A stretch of 54,974 nucleotides of DNA, filler included, from Sphacelaria rigidula (taxonomy: Eukaryota), in assembly GCA_964200075.2 (NCBI GenBank). It is 4 parts of 4 records of this genome, joined end to end, with 100 filler letters (N's around TTAATTAATTAA, not from the genome) between each part and the next. Parts side by side here need not be neighbours in the genome. Positions count along the whole stretch, not along the records: positions 27,541 to 41,207 come from CAXNAA020002734.1; 3 more parts are not named here. The stretch is one strand, 5' to 3'. The notes below the pieces were generated by a model. It was not told where the DNA came from. It did not search any database and worked only from the letters and a program-made list of their open reading frames with translations. A program made the translations under genes and the position numbers. Shown here one piece after another: positions 27,758 to 41,307 of this stretch (its first letter is position 1; each line of letters begins with the position of its first letter).

Positions 27758-28175
27758 AGCCTGGATCCGTGTTTGAGGTTCAACATTTTAATGAGTTTCA
27801 ACTCGAAAACAGTGCTTTCCCTGATCTCAAGCCATGACCAATGAATTTCACATGGACGGCATCATGCCCCCCGACCTCCTCAAAACTATTTTGGGGGGTT
27901 GCCCGTCTTCCGTCCCCCCGAAGCGTATGTGCAAAAGCACCTTTTCGCCTCGATAGCGGGGCGAAAAAGGGGACGTTTTCAGCCCGACATTGGTGCTTTT
28001 GCATATACACTTTGGGGGCACGGAAGACGGGCAACCCCCGAAAAAAATTTCAAGGGGGTCGGGGGGCATGAGGTCACCCATATGAAATTCATTGGTCATG
28101 ACTTTAGGTCAGGGAAAGCACTGTTTTCGAGTTGAAACTCATTAAAATGTTGAACCTCAAAAACGGATCCAGGCT
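27758..28175. mobile_element. Fold-back MITE with ~184-bp inverted arms
   Basis: Arms at 27758-27941 and 27992-28175. The outer 67 bp (AGCCTGGATCCGT...TTTCCCTGA) differ at one position. The 50-bp loop contains its own small hairpin. Confidence 0.88.
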
Positions 28176-29525
28176 CTAATTTCCTAGGGCTAGACCCTCA
28201 CGTTATAACGGCAGTCAACGGCACACGTTGTGCAAAACCTTCAAGTTGACAGAGCCAGGCATGGGGCACTCAGATGGTGCGCATTCATGTGTACCCTAAT
28301 GTTGATGTTTGCTGTCCGCGCGAAAATAGAGAAACATATGTGACTCCTGAAACATGACGCCTTTCCAGACGCAGTATCGGTGCACGTCAAATACAAGACA
28401 ACTGAAAGTCTTTCTCACTTCATTGTGACTTGTGACAATGCAAAACATATTGGATACTGTGCCAATTTGATCTCCCGTTCTCGATCTCAGAAAACCTTCT
28501 CGATCCCAGTTAAGTGCCCCACCATGTTTCGGGGTGTAATGGTATCTCCCCTACATCAGTACAGCGTACGATTACTGAAGCACGGTCGACCCCTACAGCG
28601 AAGTAGCGGGCACAATACATAGATGATGTCAACCGGCGGCTGGCTTTTGGTCGGACGCAAAAAACGAACGCCGTTCGTGTTTGTCCAGATGTAACGGTCC
28701 GAAATACATCCGCCCCAACACGTCAGATTGAGGTAGACCAAGTTCAACATGGGACGTCAGATAGCCTGCTGAACAGTAGCGGCCGGCTAGAAGTTTGCAC
28801 GTGGACCATTTGCGATATCACAGTCCGACACCCAGTAGCTGATTGTTGCGTACCATTACTTGACTCTTCGGTGAACCAACACGCCGGTCAGCCACAGACG
28901 CACCTCCACAAGACTTTCCTGTACGGAAGTATGAGAATCCAACACACGACAAAAGCAACACCGCCTTTGAAAAAGAGGCGATGAATAAGCCAGATCACAC
29001 CCCCTTGCCAAAAGCACCCATTACCCGAAGACCAAATACAAGGGCATGATAAGCCGGTGAATTAGTCGCCCCGCCTCACAAATACAGTACCACCCAACAT
29101 CAAATATCGAAAAGGCCTAGTTATCGTGTCGCAGCATATTTCAAAACAGCGTATATCATGTCATCGCGGATTTTGTCCTGTCGCCGAACTCGCACACCAC
29201 CACGCGGCGATCCTGACTCATGTTGGAGCCCCCATGCCATCATGAATGCACCCGGCCAGCAGCTAATATTTCCGACTGTAATATCGACACGCATTGACTG
29301 CCAGCCATACACATCAATCAATATTTTGGGGCATTGGCCAGAACAATCGGCTTCATCGGGATGGTTGATTTCACCGGGAACCTTCTTTCTACTGCTGCAA
29401 GTAGCACATACCGCCTATGACGCTGGCTTAGCCATGGTTGAGGGAAGAGCCCATCACTATTTACGAAAACAGGACTCGCCAGTCACATCCAGTACCAGCG
29501 CCAACGCTAACAACAGCATCATTGC

Positions 29526-32500
29526 CTAGTCCTCGTCCTCAGAGTTATCAACATTATCACCATCACCATCACCATCACGTTCTTCATCTTCATAGCCCTC
29601 ACCATTAGAATCGTCTCCCTTGTGCTTCCTGTCGACAGCGCCGTTCTGTATATACAGAAGGAGAAACCAGAGATGAGAACGGGGCGCATCGTAACACAGC
29701 GACGACACACATCCTACACGAAGTGCAACGCTCCCGACGACGAGTGCGAGGAATGTCATTCACCTCAACATATTCGCAAATAACACCCCGCGCATATACT
29801 GGACAGGCTTTCCACAAAAATAACACCTCACACCGTGACCGGGGCATTGCGATTTCCTCCGTTACCATTCCAGGTTACCCCAGTACATGTGAGTCTAATT
29901 GTCGACCTAAACAAATACCCCTGAGCATCGGAACAAATACCATGCATCTTGTTCAACACAGGTAACGTTATTTTACCGTTTTGCCATTGGCGTGGTCCCC
30001 GTTCTCCTCGTCCCCACTTTCGCGCTCATCATCCTCATGCTTCTTGTGCTTGCCACCACCTTTTGCAAACGAACCCCGAAGCAAGCGCCCATGTCGAGTG
30101 ACGAAATTTGAAATATGTACAGCAATCTGGGCGAGCGCATGGCGATGCCCTACTTTCAACACATGGCCAGTAGGGTATTTCTGCAGTCACAATTCAACTT
30201 ATCTTGGATTGTCTGCCGGAGGTGACTTGGAAAATCCAACCAGATGCCGACTGATCGTCAAGCAATGTTTTTCCTCCGTATGGGGGACAAGGACACAGAA
30301 AGTCGTGAAAATGAGGACTGGATCCCATAAATTTTTACACGAGGTGAAAGCATGAGTAACATCAAAACAGTCACGACAATAGTGCATCGCACTGGGGTAG
30401 TAGTTGCACACGATATTCACCTCTTTCGTCATTCTTGCTCCTGCCCTTGTCCCTGCTTCTGCTCCTGCTCCTGCTGCGGCTCGGTTCCCTCCGCCTGTTC
30501 ACACCGTAGAAAAAATGGTGGGGGAGTGGGGTAACTGTGTGTACTTTCACAGCTTAGAGAGTAACGAGGAGAATATTTGTGCATCAATATAGCTATAAGT
30601 AGCAGCGATTCAAATATTGGCATCAAGTCCATCTGAGCGGTTGATAGCTCCAAGCTTGTGGATGTAGCTGGTGCTGAGCCCGGCACCATTTTTCGATCTT
30701 GAAGCTCCTTGCTACTTGAACCCTGGCTCATCACTGCGGATTCGCGACCGATCACTCATGACTCATCCACGGTATTTCTCGCCGCTGCTCGTTCGCTCCT
30801 TTACTCCACAATTTCGCGGGTAAAGACCATCAACAATATGCGTGCTACAGAGCGAAATCTGTTGCTGTCCTACCGTGAAAGATTTGTACCATCAGTTGAA
30901 CGCAGAACTGGCCGCCGCTCGATCATCTGCTCGATATGCACCCTACACGGCAGAGGGAGGACACTGCAGCTCCAGCGTTTATACACTACTGCAGAGTAAC
31001 GTATCGATTGACCTCGACAGTTCATCTGGTGCTCACAGTCGCGTCTTTCTTTTCACTACTAATGTCGAGTAAAGATCAAACAGATTCCATTTTACAATAT
31101 GTTGCCCTACACGTTAGCTTTTCCCATGACTTCATCATCACCTCCCTCACCCCCCCCGCCACCACGAGACACCAAGATTTGAAGCCTGCTTCGGTTACTT
31201 CAGTTCTTCACTTCACGACTTTTGTACCTGCCCTCTATCCTATCAAGATGGGACGAAAACAAGCGGCTATCAAGCATGGTCAAGACCACCATCATCTCGT
31301 TTTCTCACCACAGTCGCACTAAGTTGCATCGACATGCCGAGCGGTTACGCAAATAACAGGGTCAGTGCACCATCAAGCCTGAAATTATGCAAACACGCGG
31401 GATTCAGATGGAGACTTGAGGCTTCTGCATGGTCGCACTGCTACTAAAAGCTGAAGGCTGTGCACCACAATACCTCTTCTTGCCGCGGGAACGGGACCGG
31501 GAACGGGAGTAGGAGCGACTGCGCCTCCGGGCACTGCGAGACCGGCTGCGGCTACGGCTGTGGCCTCTCTTGCGCTTGGGCGGCGGGCTGTTGACAGGAA
31601 GCATCGAGGGGCCAAGAGGTCAGACCGTTATAAAAACAAGAGAGGGTATTGTTTCTCGACTAGCCCAGGCCTCAGCGGTGAAGATCTGAATGGAGCGAGA
31701 ATATTGGACACAAGATACCACATCAAGAGAAGGTCTCCTCACAGTACAGATACAAAGGATTCACAGTATCGTACAGTCAACATAAACACGACAAGTCAGA
31801 CAAGAAGCAGACGCCGTAACAAGTTCCGAGGACCGGTCGAGTAGAGTACGTACTCTTGAATACTCGGGTGAAATATTCGAGTATTTACTCTACCGAACGC
31901 TTGGATAGACTGGGCACGGCCTCAATATTTTACTCAAATTTCGGGTAGACTGGGTATGACCTCTATACTCTAACCAAATTTTGGGGAGATTGAGTACGAC
32001 CTCAACTACTCTACTCAAATGTTGGGTAAGCACCCTCAGCAGTACTTGGGTATATGGTATCACTTGGGTATGACCTCAATGACTTACTCAAATTTTGGGA
32101 ACTAAAGTATGACTTTTCAAAAATACGAGTATTGAGTATACTCTACTCGACCTACCCTTGAACACATCTTCCGAAACGAGATGGAGCACACCTCGCGATA
32201 GGTTTAAGCGCAAAGCATGTCAACATGTCAAGAGGGTAACCCCTGATACTCGTAAACGGCACTGTTCACACACGCTCGACGCAAATGAAACATGATTCTC
32301 GAAGGAAATGAGAGATCACCTGCGGGAGCGGGAGAGGGAGCGGGAGCGGGAGCGGGAGCGGCGACCCCTTGAGCGCGATCGGGATCTGCAAATCCGACCA
32401 CAATGCAGCAAACAAACGAAAAGACAAGCGGGAGGCAGCGGCGGGAGGGAATCGATACACACATCAGTGTCGGTGACAAGGCCGGTGCTAAAATGACGGC

Positions 32501-32684
32501 TCACCGCATCACAAAGTACGTCACCACCGTGTCCCTCTGCACACCTCGCCCATCTATTAACCCTGTCCCCTCGGTATTTCTGATGCCACCCACGTCGAAC
32601 CCCCCGTTCAAACCTCACCTGTCTCTGTCCCTGGCTCGGTCGCCGTATCCATCCCGAGAGCGAGAGCGAGAACGGGAGCGGAAG

Positions 32685-32716
<32 letters not shown>

Positions 32717-35700
32717 GGAGGGAGATCGACCCCTGGACTTTTTGGGTGACGGACTGCGGGACTTTCTGACCGCCGCCGCCTCTGCCCGTCTCTTGGCACA
32801 CTTCGCATCCTCCTGATCGGCAGGCATAGCAAATTATCGTCGACAAAGTTCAAAAGAAGTCTCTGTTAGACGCCAGTCCGCAAATGCAGCCCACGTAAAA
32901 CCCACTGATTTTTTAGAAACCACATGCTCGACAAGGGCAGGTCATATAAGTCTCCGGATCCGAGCTATTTCTCACTCATACTGCTGTATCTGTGCGGCGT
33001 CTCTCGTGATTGTGACAAGAGCAGTCGCACAGGGTAATCAACTCAACAGTCAGTTAAAGCCCTCGACTCGAAGCACACGTGCATCTACGGAGCAAGAATA
33101 AACGGACTCACGCACAGCGTATGGGGGTCAATGGTTCGACGGCGGACGCAATCCGTTCGAGTCGACTCGTGTATTATGGTAATTATCAGTGAGGTGTGTG
33201 GTGCGCAGTATCCGAAACGTGCGGTGACGGTATTTCCAGGATCTTCGCGTACACAGCAAGCTCCTTCATGACCACCGCTGAGTCCGGTACGAGTCTCACA
33301 TGGCCACCTTCAAACCAGGCAATACTCTGACATGATCATCTTTGAACAGGAAGCAAAAAGTTAAAACCTTACGGAACAATATTTGAAGCTGTTCGGGAGC
33401 ATGGACCCGTGAACAAGAGACGTGTAACGCTGGTGATGTGAAAAGCCTTGGCAAAAAGATACGGTTTTTGCTTTGGGGCGATGAGAGGTGTCGAATGTTC
33501 TGGAACTCAATTATCGAAATGAAGAGACTTGACTCGCGGGAAAAGCGACCTCATACAGGTACTGTCTCATACGCCACGAACTGCTACTGGACCAGTTTGA
33601 TTTTCGCCGTCCGGCATGGGCAAATGCTCGACTACTCATCCACTTGGTGCAGCTACCACGTCAAACATTATTTCGCACTTGTTCATAGCCCGTAGGAGCC
33701 TGAAGTGGGCGTCTGCGATATTTTGGAGCCTAGAAGTAGTAGGAAAAGTGGATTAGGCTCCCCTCTGTGAGGGGATACGAAGTACCCAAGGCATGTAGCG
33801 GCGATGCTTTCTGTTCTGGAGCAAAACAGGAGCTTTCGATTGGATAGGAACCGAAGCACCGCAAAAAAAACTGTCCAAGAGCACCTGCCTGGTGCTCGGC
33901 ATTTAGTCTTCACCAGCATCATAACGAAAATAGTTCACCTGTAAGCGAATGTATTCCCCACGGAACTTTGTGTCGTCGAGCTTCCGGATCACGTGTTCCA
34001 TTTCATCTTCTGACAGGAACTCCGCCAACCCCTCGCCCTTGGTGTGTATCTGGACGTACGCGGGCTCTCCGTACTTGCGGAACAGGCTGCTTCAAGGCGC
34101 GTGCCACCAAAATAAAAGTAGCAGTTGCATTCCAAACAAAGCTCAGATTCCAAAAACATCATAATGTCACACGTACTCACGCGTTTTGCCATCTTCCACA
34201 AAACAGTGAGGCAGTGTCATAATCCGAACATGGATCACGTTATTGTTCACACAGGCACGAGAGGTCACGGGTCTTTGAGTGCCACGGCGCCGTTTACTTT
34301 TCACATCAACACGTTAGCCCAACCTCTCAGACCCGCGGTGTGAGCGATACTTTCTCAAAGCCAAACCGTAAATGCTAACTGAGGACAAATTGAGCACACA
34401 CACGCCACTCCTTTTGGGGGGAAACCAGAGGAGCACCCTCTGAAGTGCAACACGATGGAGCATGGCGCGCGCATGTAGAGACACTGAAAATATGAAATCT
34501 GAAAAATACGACAAGGGCATGCTCGTCTTGAGGTCTTGTTATGGAACAAGCACAAAGATGTTCAGAGGCAATCTAGAGAAAAACGGCCACCCTGAAAATC
34601 AATATGCAGCATGTGTCCTTCAGGCTTTGCCGCGGTACGTGGGAGAATGACACATGAAGGTAGGATACTTTGGTGGAAGACACAAGATGCAGAAGCAAAT
34701 GCGCCGACAGTGAAAAGAAAGGCTTCCACCCAACACAGTGACGGGACGGGAAACACACACACCTCTTGAGGTCTTGCCATGAAGTTCCTTCGGGCAGACC
34801 GGAAAGGTTCACACGGAAGTCTGTCCGCCGAGGTCCCATCTTCTTGCCCTGAGAGAAGTCCGCTCCGCTCCTGTACCTAGGCCTGCCGCAACCCGATTCA
34901 CCGCCACAGTGATCCGGGAATGGATAGGGTGAGCACACGTACGAGACACAAGGAGAGAGTGTTTCAAGAAACGGACAATGCCCACGTGTCTCCAGGATAT
35001 GATACCACGCAGCACAAGGCATCTGATTCAGCCCGTGCCTGTATGCCTCCTACCCAACAAAAAAGGCGCACGGATCGATATACAACACAAGTTTCAAAAA
35101 AGGAATGTCACATTTACAACCCACTGCATGATGTTCGGGAACATGTGATACAGATGTTGTGGGCAAACGCAACGACACAAAATGTGAGCAAAAATTCTAA
35201 GAGGACAGACAAGGCTTGCACCAAATCCAATATACGCCGACGGCACACTCCACCAACACAATCGACGCTACGGTAACACAAAATTCTCCACGACTGCGAT
35301 TCTCGAGCAGCACAGATTAGGCAACTTGGATACGTCATATATTTTTTTCGGAGTGGGCACCGCCATCGACTCGTAGTCTTCCTGGCTTATTGATGCAAGT
35401 GGTGTGCCTGGATGACCTCCGGCTACACGTGAATAAAAACGCGCTCAACGCTGCATACAACTCACGGGGATGATCTCCGGCCGCTGCGGCTACGGCTGCG
35501 GCTACGGCTGCGGCTGCGCCTGTCCCTGTCTCTGCGCATCAGAGTGTACACACGCAATTATTACGGGGGGTGGGGGGCGGGGGGCGGGAGGTGATCACTA
35601 CCAACATAGCATGGTCGTTAGCATCATCATGAGGTTGGTACAACCCCCGGAGTTGCCGTTCGCCGAAGAAAGAGAATGGGAAAAAGTAAGGCCACGGCAA

Positions 35701-37964
35701 CGCGCTGGATGGGTCGCTGCTCCGATAGGCACTGGCACCTGCATAGGGGAAATGAACGTGCACAGCACTGGTAGCCACTCAACCGCAACACAACCTCCAA
35801 CGATATTCAGACCCAATATTTGTGATGAACACACTTCATCTCCCGAAGCCACTGAGAAACAATCACCACGACAAAAAAACACGACAACATCACAGTATCG
35901 TAAGCACTCGCGCTAACAGCCACGGTTGAGAGATCGGTTGTAGGTATACCTCGACCACCACGCATTGAACAGAGCGATCAGACCGTCTCAGCACTTGAGC
36001 AAGCGCAAACGCAATCACAGATAAAAGAGCCGCAGCAGCAGTGAAAGGTGGACATCGAAAGCAAGATAAGGAGTTCAATGATGGGAAGGTAACGCAAGGA
36101 AATCAAACACGGTTCAAATATAGGCACCTGTCTCGCCCGCCTCTCCTGTCTCTGTCAGCGTCACGACTATAGCTCCTGTCTCTCCCACGGCCTCTATCAG
36201 CATCACGACTGTAGCCCTCACGGCTAAAGCTCCTGTCCCTGTCCCTCCGACGGTCTCTGTCACGGCTTCGGCTGCGGCTCCTGTAGCTGTCTCTATCTCG
36301 ATCTCTTCTGTCGCGGTCTCTATCGCGACTGAAAGACCGGGACCTTCCCCTTCAAAACAAGATCACGTCGTAATAATACATAAACAGCGGATCACCAGCT
36401 CACAGCTCGAACATCGGATAAACGCACGGAGAAACACACGCTTGCTGAGGAAGGGTTGGTGGTAAAGCGCTGCCGGCACCGATGCCGTTGAAGTCATTAC
36501 TCTTTAGTCTGATGTAGAAAATGTTCAACACTGTGCCATGCATCACTGCGTTCATCACCTATCGGCACGCGCTGCAGCGTAGCCATTTCGTTCTCTGAAG
36601 CCAGGGCGAGGGCCGAGCTTGTTGTTCTCGCTGATCTCGATGCGGAGTCTGCTGCCATGTAGGGAGGAGCCATTCAAACCACGGACGGCATCTCTTGCGT
36701 CCCTAGGATCGTCCATATACACGAAGCCAAACCCAGGCGGCTTCCTTGCCACCTGCGACGGACAGGGGCAGCATGAAAAATCATCTCAAATTGCAGGCAC
36801 GGGGTAATTTATCTTCAGCGGTTGATTACGGGATTTGACTCCAGTGATTCACTCCCACGGTGAGGAAGTCACCGAGAGATTGAGTGGCTGGTCTAAAAGA
36901 CCCCCGCGCAAGCCATTTAGCACGGCGAATGGGTAGCGTGCACTGTACAGGCGTACGTTCGTACCCAGAAGCAGAAAAATGTCCTCAAGCATTCCAAGCG
37001 TCACACACACGCACACCCACACACACGCACACACAGCTTCGCAGCTTTCGCTGCCATAATTCTGCGCAGAACAGGAAAGCAAAAAGACAATTATCGCGCT
37101 AGACATAGCCCCGAAGCTCCACACAGTAGCTCCCGAGACAGGGAAAAGAGCAGCAGGATACTGGCAGAATTTCTCGCACTATTTCTGCAATGTTTCTCTC
37201 CCTCCTACAACGTCCCTGCCCGTCCAATGCATACGCACACTGACGCACAGCAGTGGAGTACGACCAAAGTACCATTGTACCGGCTGCAGCGCCGAGCGTA
37301 GCGAAGGGCTATCGAAGTGCAGTACGAGGAGTACCGTGAACGGAACGGTAGTCATAATCCAGATCGGCGCTGGTACGGGTGCGGTGCCCTCGAACAACGG
37401 TGATCATTATCCACGGCGGCGTAGAGGGGGATTGTTGGACAGTCCGGAGAGTCTCAAACATAGAAGGTCACTTTTGAAGGTCACTTTTGGAGGATGACGT
37501 TTGAAGGTCACTTTTCGTCGTGCATTAACGCAGATCGGAGGTGCAGGACAGCGGAGGGCTATGACTGTGCCCGGACAGAAGAGGAGGCTTAGCCCTCAAC
37601 ATCTTATCATGAGGAATGCACGTAACATAAGCATGAGGGAGAGAAACAGGAGGAAAAAGGTGAAAAAACAGAGAGGAAGTGAAACACGGAGGATACGGAC
37701 GGGGGTAGTCGTGTTTTGCCATGACAAGCCGAACACATGAAAATACAAAATACAGCACATCACGCGCTCTCAACAACCAACTATGAGCATCTATTGGCGA
37801 CTCTTGATACGAATATCTCTCGCGATGGTACTTGGTGCAAGATTTTGAGTACGTGACACCTCAGTAACTCACCCAGATGTCGACAATCTTGCCGTACTTG
37901 GCGAACATGCCCTCGAGGTCGTACTTGTTGGATGTGGGGTTCATATTCCCGACGAAGATATTAG
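29526..37964 (-). CDS. Serine/arginine-rich (SR) splicing factor: RRM + RD/RS + pseudo-RRM + RS + acidic tail (~498 aa; start exon not resolved)
   Basis: Twelve phase-consistent AG/GT exons: 37873-37964 (NIFVGNM...IVDIW), 36559-36752 ([35 protein letters not shown]), 36128-36349 (RD/RS), 35466-35531 (RS), 34763-34882 ([22 protein letters not shown]), 33939-34086 (SLFRKYG...[17 protein letters not shown]), 32619-32812, 32320-32385, 31474-31587, 30421-30494, 29977-30059 and 29526-29645 (acidic, TAG). RNP2/RNP1 and SWQDLK motifs are diagnostic of SR proteins. Confidence 0.93.
31835..32152. mobile_element. Intronic MITE with 14-bp TIR and internal ~40-bp tandem repeats
   Basis: TIRs GGTCGAGTAGAGTA (31835-31848) / TACTCTACTCGACC (32139-32152). 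Internal units approximate ACTCAAATTTTGGGTAGACTGGGTATGACCTCAATACTCT. Confidence 0.75.
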
Positions 37965-39916
37965 CTGTCGTTCGAACACCACGCAGGCCAAATGGAACAA
38001 GAGCAGAAAGAGCGGACACAAGGTTGACACGTTGCTTTCAAAAGCGCGTAATGGAAGGTGCGTCAACACCTCACTCCAACGTATTCGCTGGGAAACGTAC
38101 GAATGCAGGAACATAAATATCATTACTCGGGAGAGGCGGGGGGTTGCTCATCGCCCCCACGACCCTCGTACTGTCTGCATCCTCACGTAGCTGGACACTA
38201 GACTAACGGGCTTTCGGGAGATGGGGGAGGAAGCAACGTTTGCCTGAAAAACGGTTGCCACGCATAACCTATAAGTCATTATAATTTGTGCGTATGCCAC
38301 GACCAGCAGTGTATGTTATCATGCGTGTGAAACGGTAAAACGTAGCGTAACCGCTTGAACGATGGCTGCTGGCATGCTCTACAAGTATGTGCAACATTAA
38401 TGCTAGCATGAGCTTGATGCTGTTTCATTTTCGTCATTTTTCATCGAGGCGCCCGAATGTACCTCCAAATTCGAGTCGCGGTCTTAGCGGCTACTCGGAT
38501 AATGGCGACTGTACTGGGGTCCATACCCTTGACCCTAAAGAGAACAAACCCGAGGTGCAGATCCACCCTCGTGGCACCCAGACAAGCAACATATATCAGA
38601 GCGGAAGCACTAGTACACTACCATGTACCCACTTACTTGGTTAGCAATTGAGCTATGCAGCGGGTCCGCAGGCGTTCTCGCCTTCCTTTCATTACTAAAA
38701 CGCAAGGAAGAAGAGGCATCATTCGACTTTTGCCTACTGTAGTGTATGCTCCCTTTGAGACGGTTACTTGCAACAAATCGCGACTCGATGTACCAAGTAT
38801 CAAACCCACATCACGCGCAGCGTTTAGCGCCTGCCTTGGTGTCATATTATTCATCAGCCATCGAAAACAAGACACGGTAAAGTCAGCAGACTCGATGAAG
38901 CATGAAAGTACAACCATGTTCGCCTTCAACTATAGACCATGTCCATGACAACCTCATCCAAGAAGTCTGGCTCAATTTTACTCTTAGCAGCGTACACACT
39001 TACGATTCATTCATCTCTACAGCTGGCAAACAGGTACACATGGTACAAACACGAACGTCATCTCCCATTCTGGAATCCAAACGCGGTCGCAAAGAACTCA
39101 ACCTGTACTGCGTCGCATATGCTGTGAACGCAAGCACAAATAGGGCATACTAGCAGCTACTGCTCAAGGCCAACGGTGTGCCCTTAACATGAAAAAATGA
39201 CGTAAATTTTGCTGCTCGTGGTTGTGTCTTCACTTGACCCTGTTCATCTGAGGCAATGGTGCATCACGTTGGAACTTGGTCCACTTGTGCGTATGTGTCC
39301 CAGCTATATAAAACGAGTTGGGTGGTCTCAATGGGTACTGTGGGAGTAGAGATATCACGACGTCTGTACCAGATGTTCGAGTATATTGTAGAGGGTGTAG
39401 CTGAAACAATCACCACAGGAAAAGCAAAATATTCACAAAGGAGGTTTCGCTGCAAATGCCTCTTGCTGGCGAATTCAAGACCATTTTACGCTTCGCTGTA
39501 CATTTCTGCTGCATGTTGCACATAGGGCAAATAGTACGCCATGTGCGTCTTTCTTTGGAGCTCGATTTGAGTGGACCAGCCTCTTTTCAGTGATTAAAAG
39601 CCATCGCAACACCGTTCAGAAATTGATTAGGGCTGCGTACACATGCTAAGCCACGTATGCTTCAACGTCCCGATGTTCGCGACGTTGTCCAACGTCTGCC
39701 CGCTTATTTTATTTGCGGCATGTTCTTCTATCATTACTTCCATTCGTTTGCTCCATTTTTCTTGTATTGCGTCTGTACGATTCTTTGTTGGGTCCGATTT
39801 TCTTTCTTGATTCATTTTGCCCTATTTTGGGGTAGGTAGCCTGTGATCACAGAAGGCGTCCGCATCAGATGCCCCATACAGAGTACTGCGCAGTATAGGA
39901 AAGGTTTGTGATGTGA

Positions 39917-39917
<1 letters not shown>

Positions 39918-39947
<30 letters not shown>
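39918..39947 (+). repeat. (AAC)n microsatellite
   Basis: Direct reading. Confidence 0.9.
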
Positions 39948-39948
<1 letters not shown>

Positions 39949-40132
39949 TAGACGTATTCCCGTCACATCTTTTGCAATGGAAATCTTATAGTGGTGCACC
40001 ACCATATTCCTTGTTCAAACAGACTCCATTGTGCCGGAGATTTCTGTATTAAATGCCAGAACAGCAGTTTTCAGAGAGTGGGTGTCTCGGCCAGTGCGTA
40101 CTCAAGTCAAGTCAAGTCAAGTGAGATTTTAG

Positions 40133-40228
40133 CCCTTTGACCGCGAGCATAGCTCATCTGTTGAATCAACATCGATTTCACTTGAAAAAGTGTGCATGAC
40201 CCACATGCACCACTCTTGCGGTAAAAAG
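40133..40228 (-). mobile_element. Diverged piggyBac-like MITE, same family as 4621-4827
   Basis: TTAG|CCCTTTGACCGCGAG..CATCTGTTGAATC..CTTGAAAAA..GCGGTAAAAAG matches the reverse complement of 4727-4827. Confidence 0.6.
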
Positions 40229-40335
40229 CCTGCTCTCAAGACAGCGAGCGTCACCTCGGAACAGTTTCACAGGGTGACAGTTCAGGGATGTTCGAGGGTT
40301 TGCAGGGGGCGGGGGGGGGGGGGGGGGGGGGTGGG

Positions 40336-40368
<33 letters not shown>

Positions 40369-41207
40369 TTTTTTACAGGGGTGGGGAGCCTGTTGGCAGG
40401 ACAGCTGAAAAGCTTACCGAAGCGGAGAGACCATTTTGATCTATCACGGCCATCCAAATGTCATTTTGTTCCCCTACAGGTGGGCTACTTCGCTTTCGAG
40501 TCGTATTTCTGATTTTGGTGATGACAATTCAACCATAGATGGCATGGACACAAACAACGTGCCTGTTGCTCTGCTCGTGGTCTTTGCCGCCTGCCTGATC
40601 CCTCATGTGTTGCCAGCTTAACTTCACACTGCTTGCAGCGTTGATGTGGAACACTAAGCAGATGTATCACCAGCATGCAGTAGACTGTTGGGTGGAGAGC
40701 GATGGCACGTTGACCGTTTCTTGCCGTTGCTTCCGGCGAAATCATGCAGCACAAACATACACATTTAGACTCTGCACGCAATTTACTGCGGGGTCAAAGC
40801 CGTTCAGGGGCTCTCCCGTACGAATTTCTATACAGATGCCAAATATTCACATGTTTTTGAAAGAGGCGTTTTGTGAAAGAGCTGGGCCAGCAGTAGATCC
40901 CGCATTCGCTTCCCCCACCATCACTTCTCAAGTTTCCCAAATCAGCGCAACTTGAACATATCGCTGCGAACTGTGGACCAACTTGGTAGCACACGGCACC
41001 GCCGCTGGGTGCCTGGCGCAGCATTGGCGATGATGTTGTTGTACTGCATCCCGTACCGAGTACGTCTCCTCTCGTTGCGTGATAGCATGTCTTCAGACGT
41101 CTCGCTTCATAAAATGCGATGGAATTACGATAGACAGTTCCCACACTGCACGGTTAGGACAAATCATCACGACTCAAAATCACCAAATTCACGATTTCTT
41201 CGGCCAG

Positions 41208-41307
41208 NNNNNNNNNNNNNNNNNNNNNNNNNNNNNNNNNNNNNNNNNNNNTTAATTAATTAANNNNNNNNNNNNNNNNNNNNNNNNNNNNNNNNNNNNN
41301 NNNNNNN
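41208..41307. other. Artificial contig linker
   Basis: N44-TTAATTAATTAA-N44. Confidence 0.98.

Noticed and set aside
38250-39660. First (ATG) exon of the SR gene
   Set aside because: Several ATG-N|GT candidates exist (~38262, ~39038, ~39642) and none can be chosen from sequence alone.
41256-41307. ORF ends at 41256, 41263 and 13720
   Set aside because: The stops come from the artificial TTAATTAATTAA linker.
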